Source of the DNA: an uncultured Thermococci archaeon
GTDB taxonomy: Archaea > Methanobacteriota_B > Thermococci > Methanofastidiosales > B48-G16
DNA: 64,000 bases
NCBI GenBank assembly: GCA_964595645.1
Contig: CAZQQT010000010.1
Span: 28,871-92,870, forward strand
Direction of reading: 5' to 3'
Notes under the pieces: generated by a model
Database searches by the model: none
Told to the model about the DNA's origin: nothing
What the model saw: only the letters and a program-made list of their open reading frames with translations
Program-made: the position numbers and the translations under genes
Shown here: in pieces, positions 31,274 through 40,892 of the stretch
Numbering within the stretch: position 1 is the stretch's first letter
Layout of the letters: every line of letters starts with the position of its first letter

Positions 31274-31555
31274 ATGGGAAGGCGAAGAAATCGAGGCAAA
31301 CGACCGAAAAAAGAAAAAAAACTTGATATGAATAGAATAAAGGATTTTAAATGGGAATTAAATCAGTTACTCAAGGATCTCCCTGACTCTGTACGAGGAA
31401 GCATAAAAGGAAGTGTGTATGCAAAGGCATCGAAACATGGGTTGGAAGAAACAAAAGAGTATATCATCGAGAAAGAAAAAGAAGGAGTAATTTCTGAGGA
31501 GCTGGGTAGAAAGATAGTACGACTCCTCTACAAATACTACCGCTACAGAAGCTAG
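31274..31555 (+). CDS. Small basic hypothetical protein
   Basis: ATG 31274 with GGAGG RBS; GSIKGSVYAKAS. Confidence 0.6.
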   Translation: MGRRRNRGKRPKKEKKLDMNRIKDFKWELNQLLKDLPDSVRGSIKGSVYAKASKHGLEETKEYIIEKEKEGVISEELGRKIVRLLYKYYRYRS

Positions 31556-32268
31556 GACAGCTCTACTGAGAGCGTTGCAACTCGTACGGTGAGATGGTAC
31601 GTTTTTGTGCCTTCTCCCAAAAATTTTGTGTATACGGTGGATCCCTCTCGTTTGACCACGAAAAAATTGTTTTCCGTCTCCATCGAGTACGTTTCATTTC
31701 CTACAGTTAACGTGTACGGGGGATCTGTATCATAGGAATGATCTTCTATCCCTTCATTTTTCATATATAGTTTCTTTTTTCCCGAGAGTACAATATTTTT
31801 CATGTCCACGAGATTGACTACAGTATACACATCATCATCCTGCGTTTCTACTGTTATTTCGAGGTACGACTCGCGGATCTCGAAAATATCGTTGGAGTAT
31901 GACTTTAGAATATTTCCTTCCCTCGTCCTGTTTGCGTCGAGTACTTCGGTGTGTACCTCCAGCAACATCGAGAGAGTGGTGAGATCCCGGTCGAAGGAGG
32001 CGATAGAGACGTGATACGTTCGTGCAGCAAACTCTCCTTTCTCAAAGTTTGTTTTCAGTACCCGTGAGGATCCTTCTCCTCCTCTACTCACTTCTTTTGT
32101 CAGTGAATCGATGGTGAGGAATAAATGTTCTGCAGCGTTGAGGTTGTGTGTATCCTGAAGCTCGTTCACCTCTTCTTGTCCCCACCGAAATGCCAGTGCA
32201 GCGGCGGTAATGACGATGGTGAAGAGAATTGCGTAGCCGAGAATCACTGAGATGCCTTTCTTATTCAT
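31552..32268 (-). CDS. Archaeal type IV pilin-like protein
   Basis: Class III signal MNKKG/ISVILGYAILFTIVITAA. Confidence 0.75.
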   Translation of the reverse strand: MNKKGISVILGYAILFTIVITAAALAFRWGQEEVNELQDTHNLNAAEHLFLTIDSLTKEVSRGGEGSSRVLKTNFEKGEFAARTYHVSIASFDRDLTTLSMLLEVHTEVLDANRTREGNILKSYSNDIFEIRESYLEITVETQDDDVYTVVNLVDMKNIVLSGKKKLYMKNEGIEDHSYDTDPPYTLTVGNETYSMETENNFFVVKREGSTVYTKFLGEGTKTYHLTVRVATLSVELS

Positions 32269-32272
32269 GGTA

Positions 32273-33886
32273 TCACGAGTGGGAGACCTCTGTTTCTATT
32301 GAATAGGTGGGTTCTGGATAGATGTACGGTCGGACGCGTACGTAGTCTATCTGCATTTTGCCGGCATCCCACCCACTGTCGTTTCCCCACATTCCAAACT
32401 GGATATATGCGTTCTCATACGCAGATGCAGAGCTTACGGTAAACTCATCGTCCATTGATGTGCTATCACTACTACCGGCAAAGTATCCGCCGTCCCATCT
32501 ATCACCTACTATCTGATTATCCGATGAGTTCATCACTTCGATGTACATTCCGTCTCCTCCAGGGTCCAGTGAGTTATCGTACACACCTATCCAGTACTCA
32601 ATCTTCGTATTTTGCGGTAATGTAAATCTTTGTGATTCATACTCCCCTGTGTAGTCTTCACCCGTACTCGTTGCGTCCTCACTCCCAAGAGCTAGAAAGT
32701 TAGTTCCATATGGGGTCGATGTTTCATCGGCATTTCCTGGATTAGTAACTACCTGGTGTCTTTCGGCATCTGAGTTTCCATCTCCATCGCCGCCGTAATA
32801 TGCAGTGCATCCCCCAAACGTCCATTGTGATGGCTCGTTACCCGGTGTATCATCTTCAAAACTATCAAAAAACACGAATGTCTCTTCAGGATTCGAGTTG
32901 GAACTCGCTCCAGTGTTCCCGTAGTACATATACACTGTTGCCGTTGAATCCGCTGGAATTTCCAGAGTTTCTACCCACACTGTCGTCGAGTCCCCATCTA
33001 TTTTTTCCTCGATCCAGTAGTCCAGCTCGTTCCCCTGAGGGTCAATAAACCGGAGGTCGCTGAAATCAGTATTCATATCCGTATCATAACTTATACTCAT
33101 CTCAACAGGATAGCTCGTAAGGTCATTTCCCGAGTTTTCTGTGATTGTTATTTTCTTTCTTTTTGTCCAGTCTGGGTCCCACCAGTATACCACTGTCACC
33201 GAGGTCATTGCGGTATAGTTCCCAGTGAGTGTGGAAATCTTTGCTCTTCCCGTGCTCGTGCCAGACTCTAGGGTGGCTGTCGCTTCACCATCTACATCTG
33301 TTGCTTCTGTGTACGTAGAATCTCCAGATTCACTGAAGGTCCCAAGCGTTGTCTGGAAGGTAACATCTATCCCACTGCCGAGCCTGTTTCCGAAGTTATC
33401 AGTGACCACGGCAGTAATCGTCGTCGTGTCTCCGTGGTTAAAGATGCTGTCCTCGGCAGAATAGAGAAATACATTACCAATGGCATAGTCAAAGATTTCG
33501 GTGTAACCCGTCTCAGTAGTAACTTTGTAGGTGTTCCCTAGTGTTAATGGAAGGTTCCAGACTGCTACCACCTCACCTGGGGAGACTGCTGTTGCAGAGA
33601 AGGTGTACCCTGAGAGGAGCGTTCCCTCTTCGTAGATCTCTACGGCATCTGTATCGATAATGGTGAGTCCTGTATTCCTGATATACAGTGTTCCATTCGT
33701 GTCGTAGCTCTCAACGTCGATTTTTTCTTCCGTCTCTTTGATTTTTTTATCGATCAATCCAGAAGTTCTCTCCTGCGATTCCTGCTGTTCACCGAAGTAC
33801 CAGACACGCAGAAGTGCTGCGGCTGTGAGTGTGATGGTAATGAGCAGTACAACTGCGATGACGGGGGAGATGGATTTATTGTTCAT
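32273..33886 (-). CDS. Large pilin/adhesin with Ig-like (Big-1) and DUF2341 domains
   Basis: MNNKS/ISPVIAVVLLITIT; TTITAVVTD..GN...VTFQTTLG; WWDPDW.KRK.ITI, DFSDLRF, YWIE, YMYYGN. Confidence 0.8.
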   Translation of the reverse strand: MNNKSISPVIAVVLLITITLTAAALLRVWYFGEQQESQERTSGLIDKKIKETEEKIDVESYDTNGTLYIRNTGLTIIDTDAVEIYEEGTLLSGYTFSATAVSPGEVVAVWNLPLTLGNTYKVTTETGYTEIFDYAIGNVFLYSAEDSIFNHGDTTTITAVVTDNFGNRLGSGIDVTFQTTLGTFSESGDSTYTEATDVDGEATATLESGTSTGRAKISTLTGNYTAMTSVTVVYWWDPDWTKRKKITITENSGNDLTSYPVEMSISYDTDMNTDFSDLRFIDPQGNELDYWIEEKIDGDSTTVWVETLEIPADSTATVYMYYGNTGASSNSNPEETFVFFDSFEDDTPGNEPSQWTFGGCTAYYGGDGDGNSDAERHQVVTNPGNADETSTPYGTNFLALGSEDATSTGEDYTGEYESQRFTLPQNTKIEYWIGVYDNSLDPGGDGMYIEVMNSSDNQIVGDRWDGGYFAGSSDSTSMDDEFTVSSASAYENAYIQFGMWGNDSGWDAGKMQIDYVRVRPYIYPEPTYSIETEVSHS

Positions 33887-33910
33887 AGTACCTTCTTTAT
33901 TTTCTTGTTT

Positions 33911-35386
33911 TTATATTTTTTCCCTTCTCTCCAAAAAGAGCAGAAGATTTGATATAAATACAAGTGCGGGGATTATTTCTAACCTTCCCATCCACATCCC
34001 AAGTATCAACGTTAATTTCCCGATGAAGGGCAGTGAAGGTGTTGTGATACCGACGCTTAGTCCGACGTTCCCCTGTGCAGATGCCATCTCAAACAGACTG
34101 TTTACCGCACCGTGTCCCAATTCCATCAGCACAAAGGATCCGATCAACAAGAAGATAATGTATACTATTGTGAATAAAAGAGCCTCTATAATGTCTTTAT
34201 CTCGAAAAATCACTCCGCCCATTTTTATTGGTTTTATGACACTTCTCGGTAGCAGTGCCCGTTTTATATGTGTTTTGAGTACTTTAAGGACCAATGCGAT
34301 TCTTACTAGTTTCACCGCACCGGCAGTGGATCCCGCTCCTCCCCCCACAATCATGAGGATAATTAATCCCCCCTTCGCAATCTCTCCCCATTCAGTAAGG
34401 GATGCTGTGGAAAATCCACAGCAAGTGATAGCGGAGAACGCTTGGAAAAAGGCCTTTCTCATCCCTTCGATAATTCCATACATTGAAATAAGATCAAATC
34501 CAATAATGATAAGTAGAAAGAAACATATTCCAAAAAGGGCTTGAAACTGTACATCTCCAAAAAGTTCCTTAATCTGTCGTTTGAATATCGCTTTGTAATG
34601 TATCGCAAAGTTTATTGCTCCTAGAATTATTAGAGAGACTGCAACGATTTCTACGGAAAAAGAATTATAGTGTCCTATACTTGTGTCGTAAAGTGACATT
34701 CCACCGGTACCCAGCCCTGTCATGCAGTGGTTAATAGAATCAAAAAGGGGCATACCTACCGTGAAAAAGAGGGCTATTCCTATTACTGTGTAGAGTGAGT
34801 ACATTTTCCAGATGACTCTCACAGTCCCGGGTAGTGATGGTTTTATTTTTTCTCCTCGAGCTTCTGCAATATACAGTCGTGCCGCTGCAACACCGGGGCG
34901 TATAAGCACGATCATTGCTACCAGAATCACACCAATTCCACCTACCCACTGCTCAAAGGATCGCCAAAATAAGAGGATATGTGGGAGTGATTCTACAGAG
35001 TACTCTCCAACAAACATCGTCAATCCCGTTCCTGAGAATGCGGACATCGATTCAAAGTATGAGTTAGTAAAACTCAAGTTTGCAATCCCCATAAAGGGGA
35101 TGGATCCTACCAGCGCTGCACTCAACCATGCCAGCGAGGAGACCATCATAGCGTGCCGTATTTTCATATCCAGATCCACTTTCACCCGTTTCATAATAGT
35201 TCCAATCATAAATGTGATAATTCCCGGGAAGAGAAAGTAAGGAATATACCGCATCTCGCTTCTGTAAAAATATGTGAGCAAGATCGGTATCATTGTGACA
35301 ATTCCCATCCCCTGCAGGATGGCCCCAAGGTTTTCAACGACTAGGAGTATATCTTTTTTTCTATTGAGGAGCGCTCGTACCATCAA
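33911..35386 (-). CDS. trkH: Trk K+ uptake membrane protein
   Basis: FESMSAFSGTGL, QWVGGIG, GTGG, GGGAGSTAGAVK, SAQGNVGL, MGRLE. Confidence 0.93.
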   Translation of the reverse strand: MMVRALLNRKKDILLVVENLGAILQGMGIVTMIPILLTYFYRSEMRYIPYFLFPGIITFMIGTIMKRVKVDLDMKIRHAMMVSSLAWLSAALVGSIPFMGIANLSFTNSYFESMSAFSGTGLTMFVGEYSVESLPHILLFWRSFEQWVGGIGVILVAMIVLIRPGVAAARLYIAEARGEKIKPSLPGTVRVIWKMYSLYTVIGIALFFTVGMPLFDSINHCMTGLGTGGMSLYDTSIGHYNSFSVEIVAVSLIILGAINFAIHYKAIFKRQIKELFGDVQFQALFGICFFLLIIIGFDLISMYGIIEGMRKAFFQAFSAITCCGFSTASLTEWGEIAKGGLIILMIVGGGAGSTAGAVKLVRIALVLKVLKTHIKRALLPRSVIKPIKMGGVIFRDKDIIEALLFTIVYIIFLLIGSFVLMELGHGAVNSLFEMASAQGNVGLSVGITTPSLPFIGKLTLILGMWMGRLEIIPALVFISNLLLFLERREKI

Positions 35387-35503
35387 GCAGTCTATTACCG
35401 AAAATAATAAAAAGGTTGGTGTAAGAGAACTAATAACCGTAATTGTTATATACGTATAATAGAACAGTGAGAAAGGTCCAATCGTTGAAATCGAGGTGAA
35501 ATA

Positions 35504-36334
35504 TTGAACACCACATTTATAGAAAAGGCAGTGGAACTAAAAGAAGATCTTAACTATGATGCAATTATAGTGTATACAAACTCAAAAAAGGATCTCAAAA
35601 TGCTGCGATCTTTTGAAACACGCAATTTGATAGTTATTACGAACAACAAGGATCTCCTGAGAAAGAAAGAGAAGTTGTCTATGTTCTTAGTTCCTCTAGA
35701 ACTCCCAGGATTTGATAGGAGGATGTCTATGGGTATCGCAGCAGCTCTTGAGAACAATGCAGTGGAAGTAGGATATAACGTTGTTTTTGTAGAAAACACC
35801 GAAGAAAATAAAATTATCACACTCCAAAAGGTAAGAAAAGAAGCGGATCAGGGCATATATAAACTTTTATCACGACCTGGTGAGATTGATCCTGAAATAA
35901 TCCACTCAGTGTTGGAAATAGCGAAAGAACTCGGAATAAAGGGACGAGAAGGCGAACCTGTGGGATCAACATTCGTTATCGGTGACTCTGGCAATGTAAT
36001 GAGACGTTCTACTCAGATCACATATAACCCCTTCGAGTCGTCTCTCATCAAGGTGAAGGATCCCATAGTGAAAAGTATGCTGAAAGAGTACTCTCGATTG
36101 GATGGCGCCTTTATCATCGGTGATGACGGGAGGGTAATCTCAGCGGCACGATACTTAGAATCGGGAAAAAGCGATATGGATATGCCAAAAGGTCTTGGAG
36201 CACGACATATTTCCGCTGCATATATTACAAAGGTCACGGACTCTATTGCCATCGTGCTTTCGGAGTCAGATAAAATGATCAGGATATTCTCTAAAGGAGA
36301 TTTAGTACTGGAAATCGATCCGGAGGCGTTGTAG
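35504..36334 (+). CDS. dacZ: Diadenylate cyclase, DacZ-type
   Basis: GREGEPVG, RLDGAF, GLGARH, LSES; N-terminal pyruvate-kinase-C-like domain; TTG start with GAGGTGA RBS. Confidence 0.85.
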   Translation: MNTTFIEKAVELKEDLNYDAIIVYTNSKKDLKMLRSFETRNLIVITNNKDLLRKKEKLSMFLVPLELPGFDRRMSMGIAAALENNAVEVGYNVVFVENTEENKIITLQKVRKEADQGIYKLLSRPGEIDPEIIHSVLEIAKELGIKGREGEPVGSTFVIGDSGNVMRRSTQITYNPFESSLIKVKDPIVKSMLKEYSRLDGAFIIGDDGRVISAARYLESGKSDMDMPKGLGARHISAAYITKVTDSIAIVLSESDKMIRIFSKGDLVLEIDPEAL

Positions 36335-36335
36335 T

Positions 36336-37139
36336 ATGAATGACATAATGGAACGAATAAACGAGTTATTAGAACGAGCATGGGACAATATAGGAGAATA
36401 TTTCCCAAATATTGTAGCAGCTATAGTGATACTTATTGTAGGCTATGTTATAGGGAGAGCAGTTGAAAAAGCCATTAAACTCTTTTTAAAAAAGACAGGC
36501 GTACATCGGTACTTGGAGAAAGTGGAAGAACGAGAGGGAAGAGAAATTGGGACATCGGTGAGCGATCTTATTGGTAGTATTGCAAAATGGATTATTTACC
36601 TCATCGCAATAATGTCGGCTATAAGTGTCCTAGGTATTACTGGCCTGAATCAGCTAATGACCGGCCTTGTCACCTACCTCCCCAACATCATTTTTGCCCT
36701 TATCATTGTGGCAGTAGGGATAATTATCGGCGATAAGGCCGCCGGCTTTGTCAGGTATACCTGTGAGGAGTTGAATGTTCCAAAGTACTGGATCATGGGA
36801 AACATAATACGGTATCTCATCTATGCTATCGTGATCGTGATGGCGCTGACCCAGCTGAGGATTAACACGAATGCGCTGATAATTGGCGTTGCAGTTATGC
36901 TCACGGCCGCAGGTGTCATCCTTATCATTGCGTTGAAAGAGATAGCACCCAATGTTGCCGCAGGATTTCACCTGATCCATGATACACCATTTAAAATAGG
37001 AGATCTAGTAGAGATAGAGGGAGAAGAAGGGGTGGTGGATGATATCGGTCTGGTGTCTACTACGATACGGACAGATGAAGCGAAGATAGTAGTTCCAAAT
37101 TCAAAGTTTCTTGAAAAAACAATAAAGAAAAAGTTATAA
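36336..37139 (+). CDS. mscS: Small-conductance mechanosensitive channel family protein
   Basis: Repeated PNI..A TM helices; PFKIGDLVEI...GVV.DIGL..T...VPNS. Confidence 0.85.
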   Translation: MNDIMERINELLERAWDNIGEYFPNIVAAIVILIVGYVIGRAVEKAIKLFLKKTGVHRYLEKVEEREGREIGTSVSDLIGSIAKWIIYLIAIMSAISVLGITGLNQLMTGLVTYLPNIIFALIIVAVGIIIGDKAAGFVRYTCEELNVPKYWIMGNIIRYLIYAIVIVMALTQLRINTNALIIGVAVMLTAAGVILIIALKEIAPNVAAGFHLIHDTPFKIGDLVEIEGEEGVVDDIGLVSTTIRTDEAKIVVPNSKFLEKTIKKKL

Positions 37140-37604
37140 TGGTAACTGCAGCGTTTCTTTTGCTGTACCGAAGGTCATACAGGTGAGTGTCTTATCGATA
37201 CCCCTGATATCTCTGAGTTTGTCTACTACAAACTTTCCTATCTCCTCTGTATTTTTTCCCTTCACCTTTATCAGAATATCCCAATCCCCAGAGATGATAT
37301 GAACTTCCTGCGTTTCCGGGAGGTTAGCGATCTTTTCCGCAATTTTTCGCTGGGAAAGGCTGTGATTTATTCCTGGAAGTCTTGAGACGAACGAAGCGAA
37401 AATGAAGGCGGTAGTTCCTCTATTGAGATGTTTTCCATCGAGGATGGCGTTATACTCTTTTATCACCCCGTCCTTTTCAAGTTTTTTTATTCGCGAATAT
37501 AGTGTAGAGATTGGCATGGAGAGTTTCTTCGCTATTTCCTTTGTGGATCTTTTGCAGTCCTTCTGAAGTTCACTGAGTATACGTCTATCTGTCTCATCTA
37601 CCAT
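37134..37604 (-). CDS. Lrp/AsnC-family regulator
   Basis: DETDRRIL..LQ.D, RIKKLEKDGVIKEY, ISGDWD. Confidence 0.92.
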   Translation of the reverse strand: MVDETDRRILSELQKDCKRSTKEIAKKLSMPISTLYSRIKKLEKDGVIKEYNAILDGKHLNRGTTAFIFASFVSRLPGINHSLSQRKIAEKIANLPETQEVHIISGDWDILIKVKGKNTEEIGKFVVDKLRDIRGIDKTLTCMTFGTAKETLQLPL

Positions 37605-37706
37605 ATAAAAATATTACAATTTTTCCTTTATAAACCTAACTGTTTTCGTAAAAATTCCAGGTTTAGATGCGAAAATTTTATTAAGGAGTTCAATAAATGA
37701 AATTCC

Positions 37707-38591
37707 ATGCTTGGAAAAAAGGAGATCGTGAAAATAGAGAACGCTATACTGCATGTCACACGACGATTTTTCAGTGAGAGAGGATTCCTTGAGATCCAGT
37801 CCCCAATTATTTCAACCGTCACCGATCCAGGTCTCCGAGGTGCTCATATAGCATCCATTGAGTACTATGGAAAGACAATGAAGGTTACAAGTAGCATGAT
37901 CTTCCATAAACAGCTCGCAGCGTCATCTCTCGGAAAAGTTTTTTCTGTATCACCGAACATACGTCTAGAAAACAGAAAAAAGAAAAAAACAAAAGAACAT
38001 CTCTCGGAATTCAGACAGATAGAGATCGAAGCAGCATTTTTCACATATCGTGATGTGATGGAACTTGTAGAGGATTTTTTTAGGGAATTACAACAATCTC
38101 TCAGAGACACGTGTGAATTGAAAGAATTTCCTACGGATTTTAAAGAGTACTCCTACAACGAGATAGTTTCAAACTACAATGTTGCATATGGGGAGGAGAT
38201 ACCCCATGAGGTAGAAAAGAAAATTGCCGGAAACAGCTTCGTCTGGATCACAGAATATCCATATGGCTCTCGGGGGTTCTATGACAAAGCGGATGAGAAA
38301 AACTCAACGATGTTGCGGGACTTTGATCTTCTCTATCCCAATGGCTTCGGAGAAGCAGCATCAGGAGGAGAACGGGAGTATGAGTATAAAAAAGTAAAAA
38401 GAAAAATAGTAGATCATGGGCTAGACCCCGAAGAATTCAAGGATTACCTTTCTATACTGCATTCGGAACTGGTAAAACCCACTGCAGGCCTGGGAATCGG
38501 TCTCGAACGACTGACACGGTTTGTCTGCGGTCTTGAATCCATCGAGGAAGCAACACTGTTCCCACGGATACCCGGTGTTATTAGTTTTTAG
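37707..38591 (+). CDS. asnA: Archaeal asparagine synthetase A (AsnRS-like, lacks anticodon domain)
   Basis: TDP, SMIFHKQ, SPNIRLE, HLSEF, GEAASGGERE, GIGLERL, FPRIPG. Confidence 0.85.
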   Translation: MLGKKEIVKIENAILHVTRRFFSERGFLEIQSPIISTVTDPGLRGAHIASIEYYGKTMKVTSSMIFHKQLAASSLGKVFSVSPNIRLENRKKKKTKEHLSEFRQIEIEAAFFTYRDVMELVEDFFRELQQSLRDTCELKEFPTDFKEYSYNEIVSNYNVAYGEEIPHEVEKKIAGNSFVWITEYPYGSRGFYDKADEKNSTMLRDFDLLYPNGFGEAASGGEREYEYKKVKRKIVDHGLDPEEFKDYLSILHSELVKPTAGLGIGLERLTRFVCGLESIEEATLFPRIPGVISF

Positions 38592-39371
38592 TTACGGTGT
38601 AGATGGTGGTGTTTCCATAGGTATACAGTTTTCTCCTTCTTCCTTCGAGATCGTTCTTTTCGCATCAAACCCGAAGTCATCAAGAGACATTGTGACCTTC
38701 CCCTCGGTAACGACTTTCACTATCGAAAATGGAGCTTCACTAGAAAACCAGTACTCATTATTGTCGTCTTCCACTACAAAAACATCCAATTTTTTGCCGG
38801 TTAGTGTTGTATAGGTATCTTTTCTTACTACAGGGTGTTCTTCGTACTTCGTTGGTGCGTATTCTTCCGCTCCGGATTCTCCAGCATAACGGGTGAAAGT
38901 TGATGCGTCCAGACAGTAAACATTGTTTCCCATCTCGATGATGTACTTCACCTGTTCTCCCTGCCATAGAGAGTCTCCAGTTTTTTTGATCCATACTTGT
39001 GCGGTGGCAGTCATGGTCTCCATGTTTGTATCGTATTCAAGTGCGTACGTGTCACCATCGTCAAACATTTTCATCGTGACTACTATCTCCTGCCCATTGC
39101 TTATAAGTGTGTACTTTGCCCACATACCGTCTCTAAAGATTGGTGTGAACAGCTCACCCAGCAGTGCGCTTGGTGCAGAAGTTGTTGGTGAAGCGGTTGT
39201 CGTAGGGGCTGCTGTCGTTGTCGTAGGAACCGATGTTGTCGTTGGTGGAGGGGTCGTTGTTTCTGGTTGTGGTGGGGTCTCCGGTTTTGTTGTCTCTGTT
39301 GTGTCTTCATCTCCTCCGATACATCCCATTACCAGTGCCAATGCTATAATAAATACTGCAAATTTTTTCAT
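38592..39371 (-). CDS. Lipoprotein with Thr/Pro linker, unknown function
   Basis: Lipobox VMGC; Thr-rich linker; WFSSEAPFSIVK. Confidence 0.75.
   Translation of the reverse strand: MKKFAVFIIALALVMGCIGGDEDTTETTKPETPPQPETTTPPPTTTSVPTTTTAAPTTTASPTTSAPSALLGELFTPIFRDGMWAKYTLISNGQEIVVTMKMFDDGDTYALEYDTNMETMTATAQVWIKKTGDSLWQGEQVKYIIEMGNNVYCLDASTFTRYAGESGAEEYAPTKYEEHPVVRKDTYTTLTGKKLDVFVVEDDNNEYWFSSEAPFSIVKVVTEGKVTMSLDDFGFDAKRTISKEEGENCIPMETPPSTP
39223..39370. repeat. 148-bp exact direct repeat, copy 1
   Basis: Identical to 40589-40736 by manual alignment. Confidence 0.92.
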
Positions 39372-39477
39372 GGTACACTATTCTTTTGAAATTATTTAAA
39401 GTTTTCTCTCATCTTACCTGTTATACTCGAATATGTTCACAATGTCCCTAATATCATTTAACAGAGCTCATTCTTCT

Positions 39478-40737
39478 TTAGTTTTGGAGAATGTGTAAGG
39501 CAGGGTCACCATATAGTATTACAGTAGCAAACTGAAATCTATTCCTATCCATCCCTACAATGTCAGAAGCTGCTGATTCCATGATAATGTTCGTTCCTGG
39601 TGGAACGTTGTACCACTCTATTATCATTTCTCCAAGTGTAAGTTTTTCATCTGTTTTTAGAGCCTCCATAAGTATAACAGGCCAGTTATTACTTCCCCAC
39701 ATACACATATGCCCTACATACCCGAGGGTGTTGTTTCGAAGAAAAATGAGAGGCAGGGATTTGTTTATTTCTCCATAGTATGCTCTTTCTTCATAGGTGG
39801 CGGGTGCAGAGATACCTTGATTGTATACTTTGTATGTACATCCATCGTAACATCCAGTATTAAAGACGAAAAACGTTTTTTGTAGCGTAGACACATCCGT
39901 AGCAAGGAATATCTCGTCACCGAGCAAAAGTGAACTCGAGGATCCGTGCAGGAGAAAGTAGAGCACTCCACTTTGCCTCAGTGTGGAGAGAAGAACGCTT
40001 TTGGATATGTTATCGGTGTCGATTCGAGTGGTATCAAACCCAAGCTGATGAAATATATCAACCATCTCCTGCGTTATTTGATCGCCCCATCCTCCTACTC
40101 CTCCACCTACAGCTCCTTCTCCCGTTCTCCAGACCGCCCTGAATTCAGAGTTCAACGTCGTGTATCCGGCTTCATAGCGAATCACATTCTCCACATACTG
40201 TACCATATCTTCAGGTGTTATGCCAGTGATGAATCCATAGGCAAAGTCTGTGGTATATTCCGGTTCGATTTCCTTCGCTAATTGGAATACGTCATAGACA
40301 AAATCTTCATCGATCGTTTCGGGCCGTACCATAATCGCAGCAAAGGTAACGTTTCTGTTGCGAAGTTCTTCACGTGTTTTTTGCACATCTGTATCAAAAG
40401 AAACGATAGAAGCCTCTCGATACTCGCGGAGCTTCAAGACGCCTTTATAAAATGGATCTTCTGGGACTATATTAGTCAGAATAATGTATCCCTCTACTGG
40501 TGAGGGGGGAGTTGGAGTGGTAGTCGGTGGATTTGTGGTGGGTGGTGCAGTCGTTGTAGGTGCCGCTGTCATCGGTGCGGTCATAGTGGTAGGAACCGAT
40601 GTTGTCGTTGGTGGAGGGGTCGTTGTTTCTGGTTGTGGTGGGGTCTCCGGTTTTGTTGTCTCTGTTGTGTCTTCATCTCCTCCGATACATCCCATTACCA
40701 GTGCCAATGCTATAATAAATACTGCAAATTTTTTCAC
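39478..40737 (-). CDS. Lipoprotein with C25/gingipain-like cysteine peptidase domain
   Basis: GTG start; lipobox; LLHG and TGCY candidate His/Cys dyad; LYGDPAL. Confidence 0.7.
   Translation of the reverse strand: MKKFAVFIIALALVMGCIGGDEDTTETTKPETPPQPETTTPPPTTTSVPTTMTAPMTAAPTTTAPPTTNPPTTTPTPPSPVEGYIILTNIVPEDPFYKGVLKLREYREASIVSFDTDVQKTREELRNRNVTFAAIMVRPETIDEDFVYDVFQLAKEIEPEYTTDFAYGFITGITPEDMVQYVENVIRYEAGYTTLNSEFRAVWRTGEGAVGGGVGGWGDQITQEMVDIFHQLGFDTTRIDTDNISKSVLLSTLRQSGVLYFLLHGSSSSLLLGDEIFLATDVSTLQKTFFVFNTGCYDGCTYKVYNQGISAPATYEERAYYGEINKSLPLIFLRNNTLGYVGHMCMWGSNNWPVILMEALKTDEKLTLGEMIIEWYNVPPGTNIIMESAASDIVGMDRNRFQFATVILYGDPALHILQN
40589..40736. repeat. 148-bp exact direct repeat, copy 2
   Basis: Identical to 39223-39370. 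Confidence 0.92.
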
Positions 40738-40892
40738 ACATCTTATTTTTCCTTAATTATATTTAATTTTTTTCATCTTGGATCATTGCGGTGTAAAGTA
40801 AAGAAGTACATATATTGCACAGATATATACATTTATATAGTTACAGCATATACAATCAAAACATTTTTAAATATGGTTTTCTGAAATTCTTT

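Noticed and set aside
33738-34544. 268-aa ORF and other long antisense ORFs (e.g. 728..1258, 16251..16808, 41973..42566)
   Set aside because: Shadows of well-supported genes on the opposite strand
35449-35458. TATACGTATA palindrome between trkH and dacZ
   Set aside because: Short, and could simply be back-to-back TATA elements
39223-40736. 148-bp repeat as CRISPR or IS ends
   Set aside because: Only two copies, both protein-coding; no spacers or transposase
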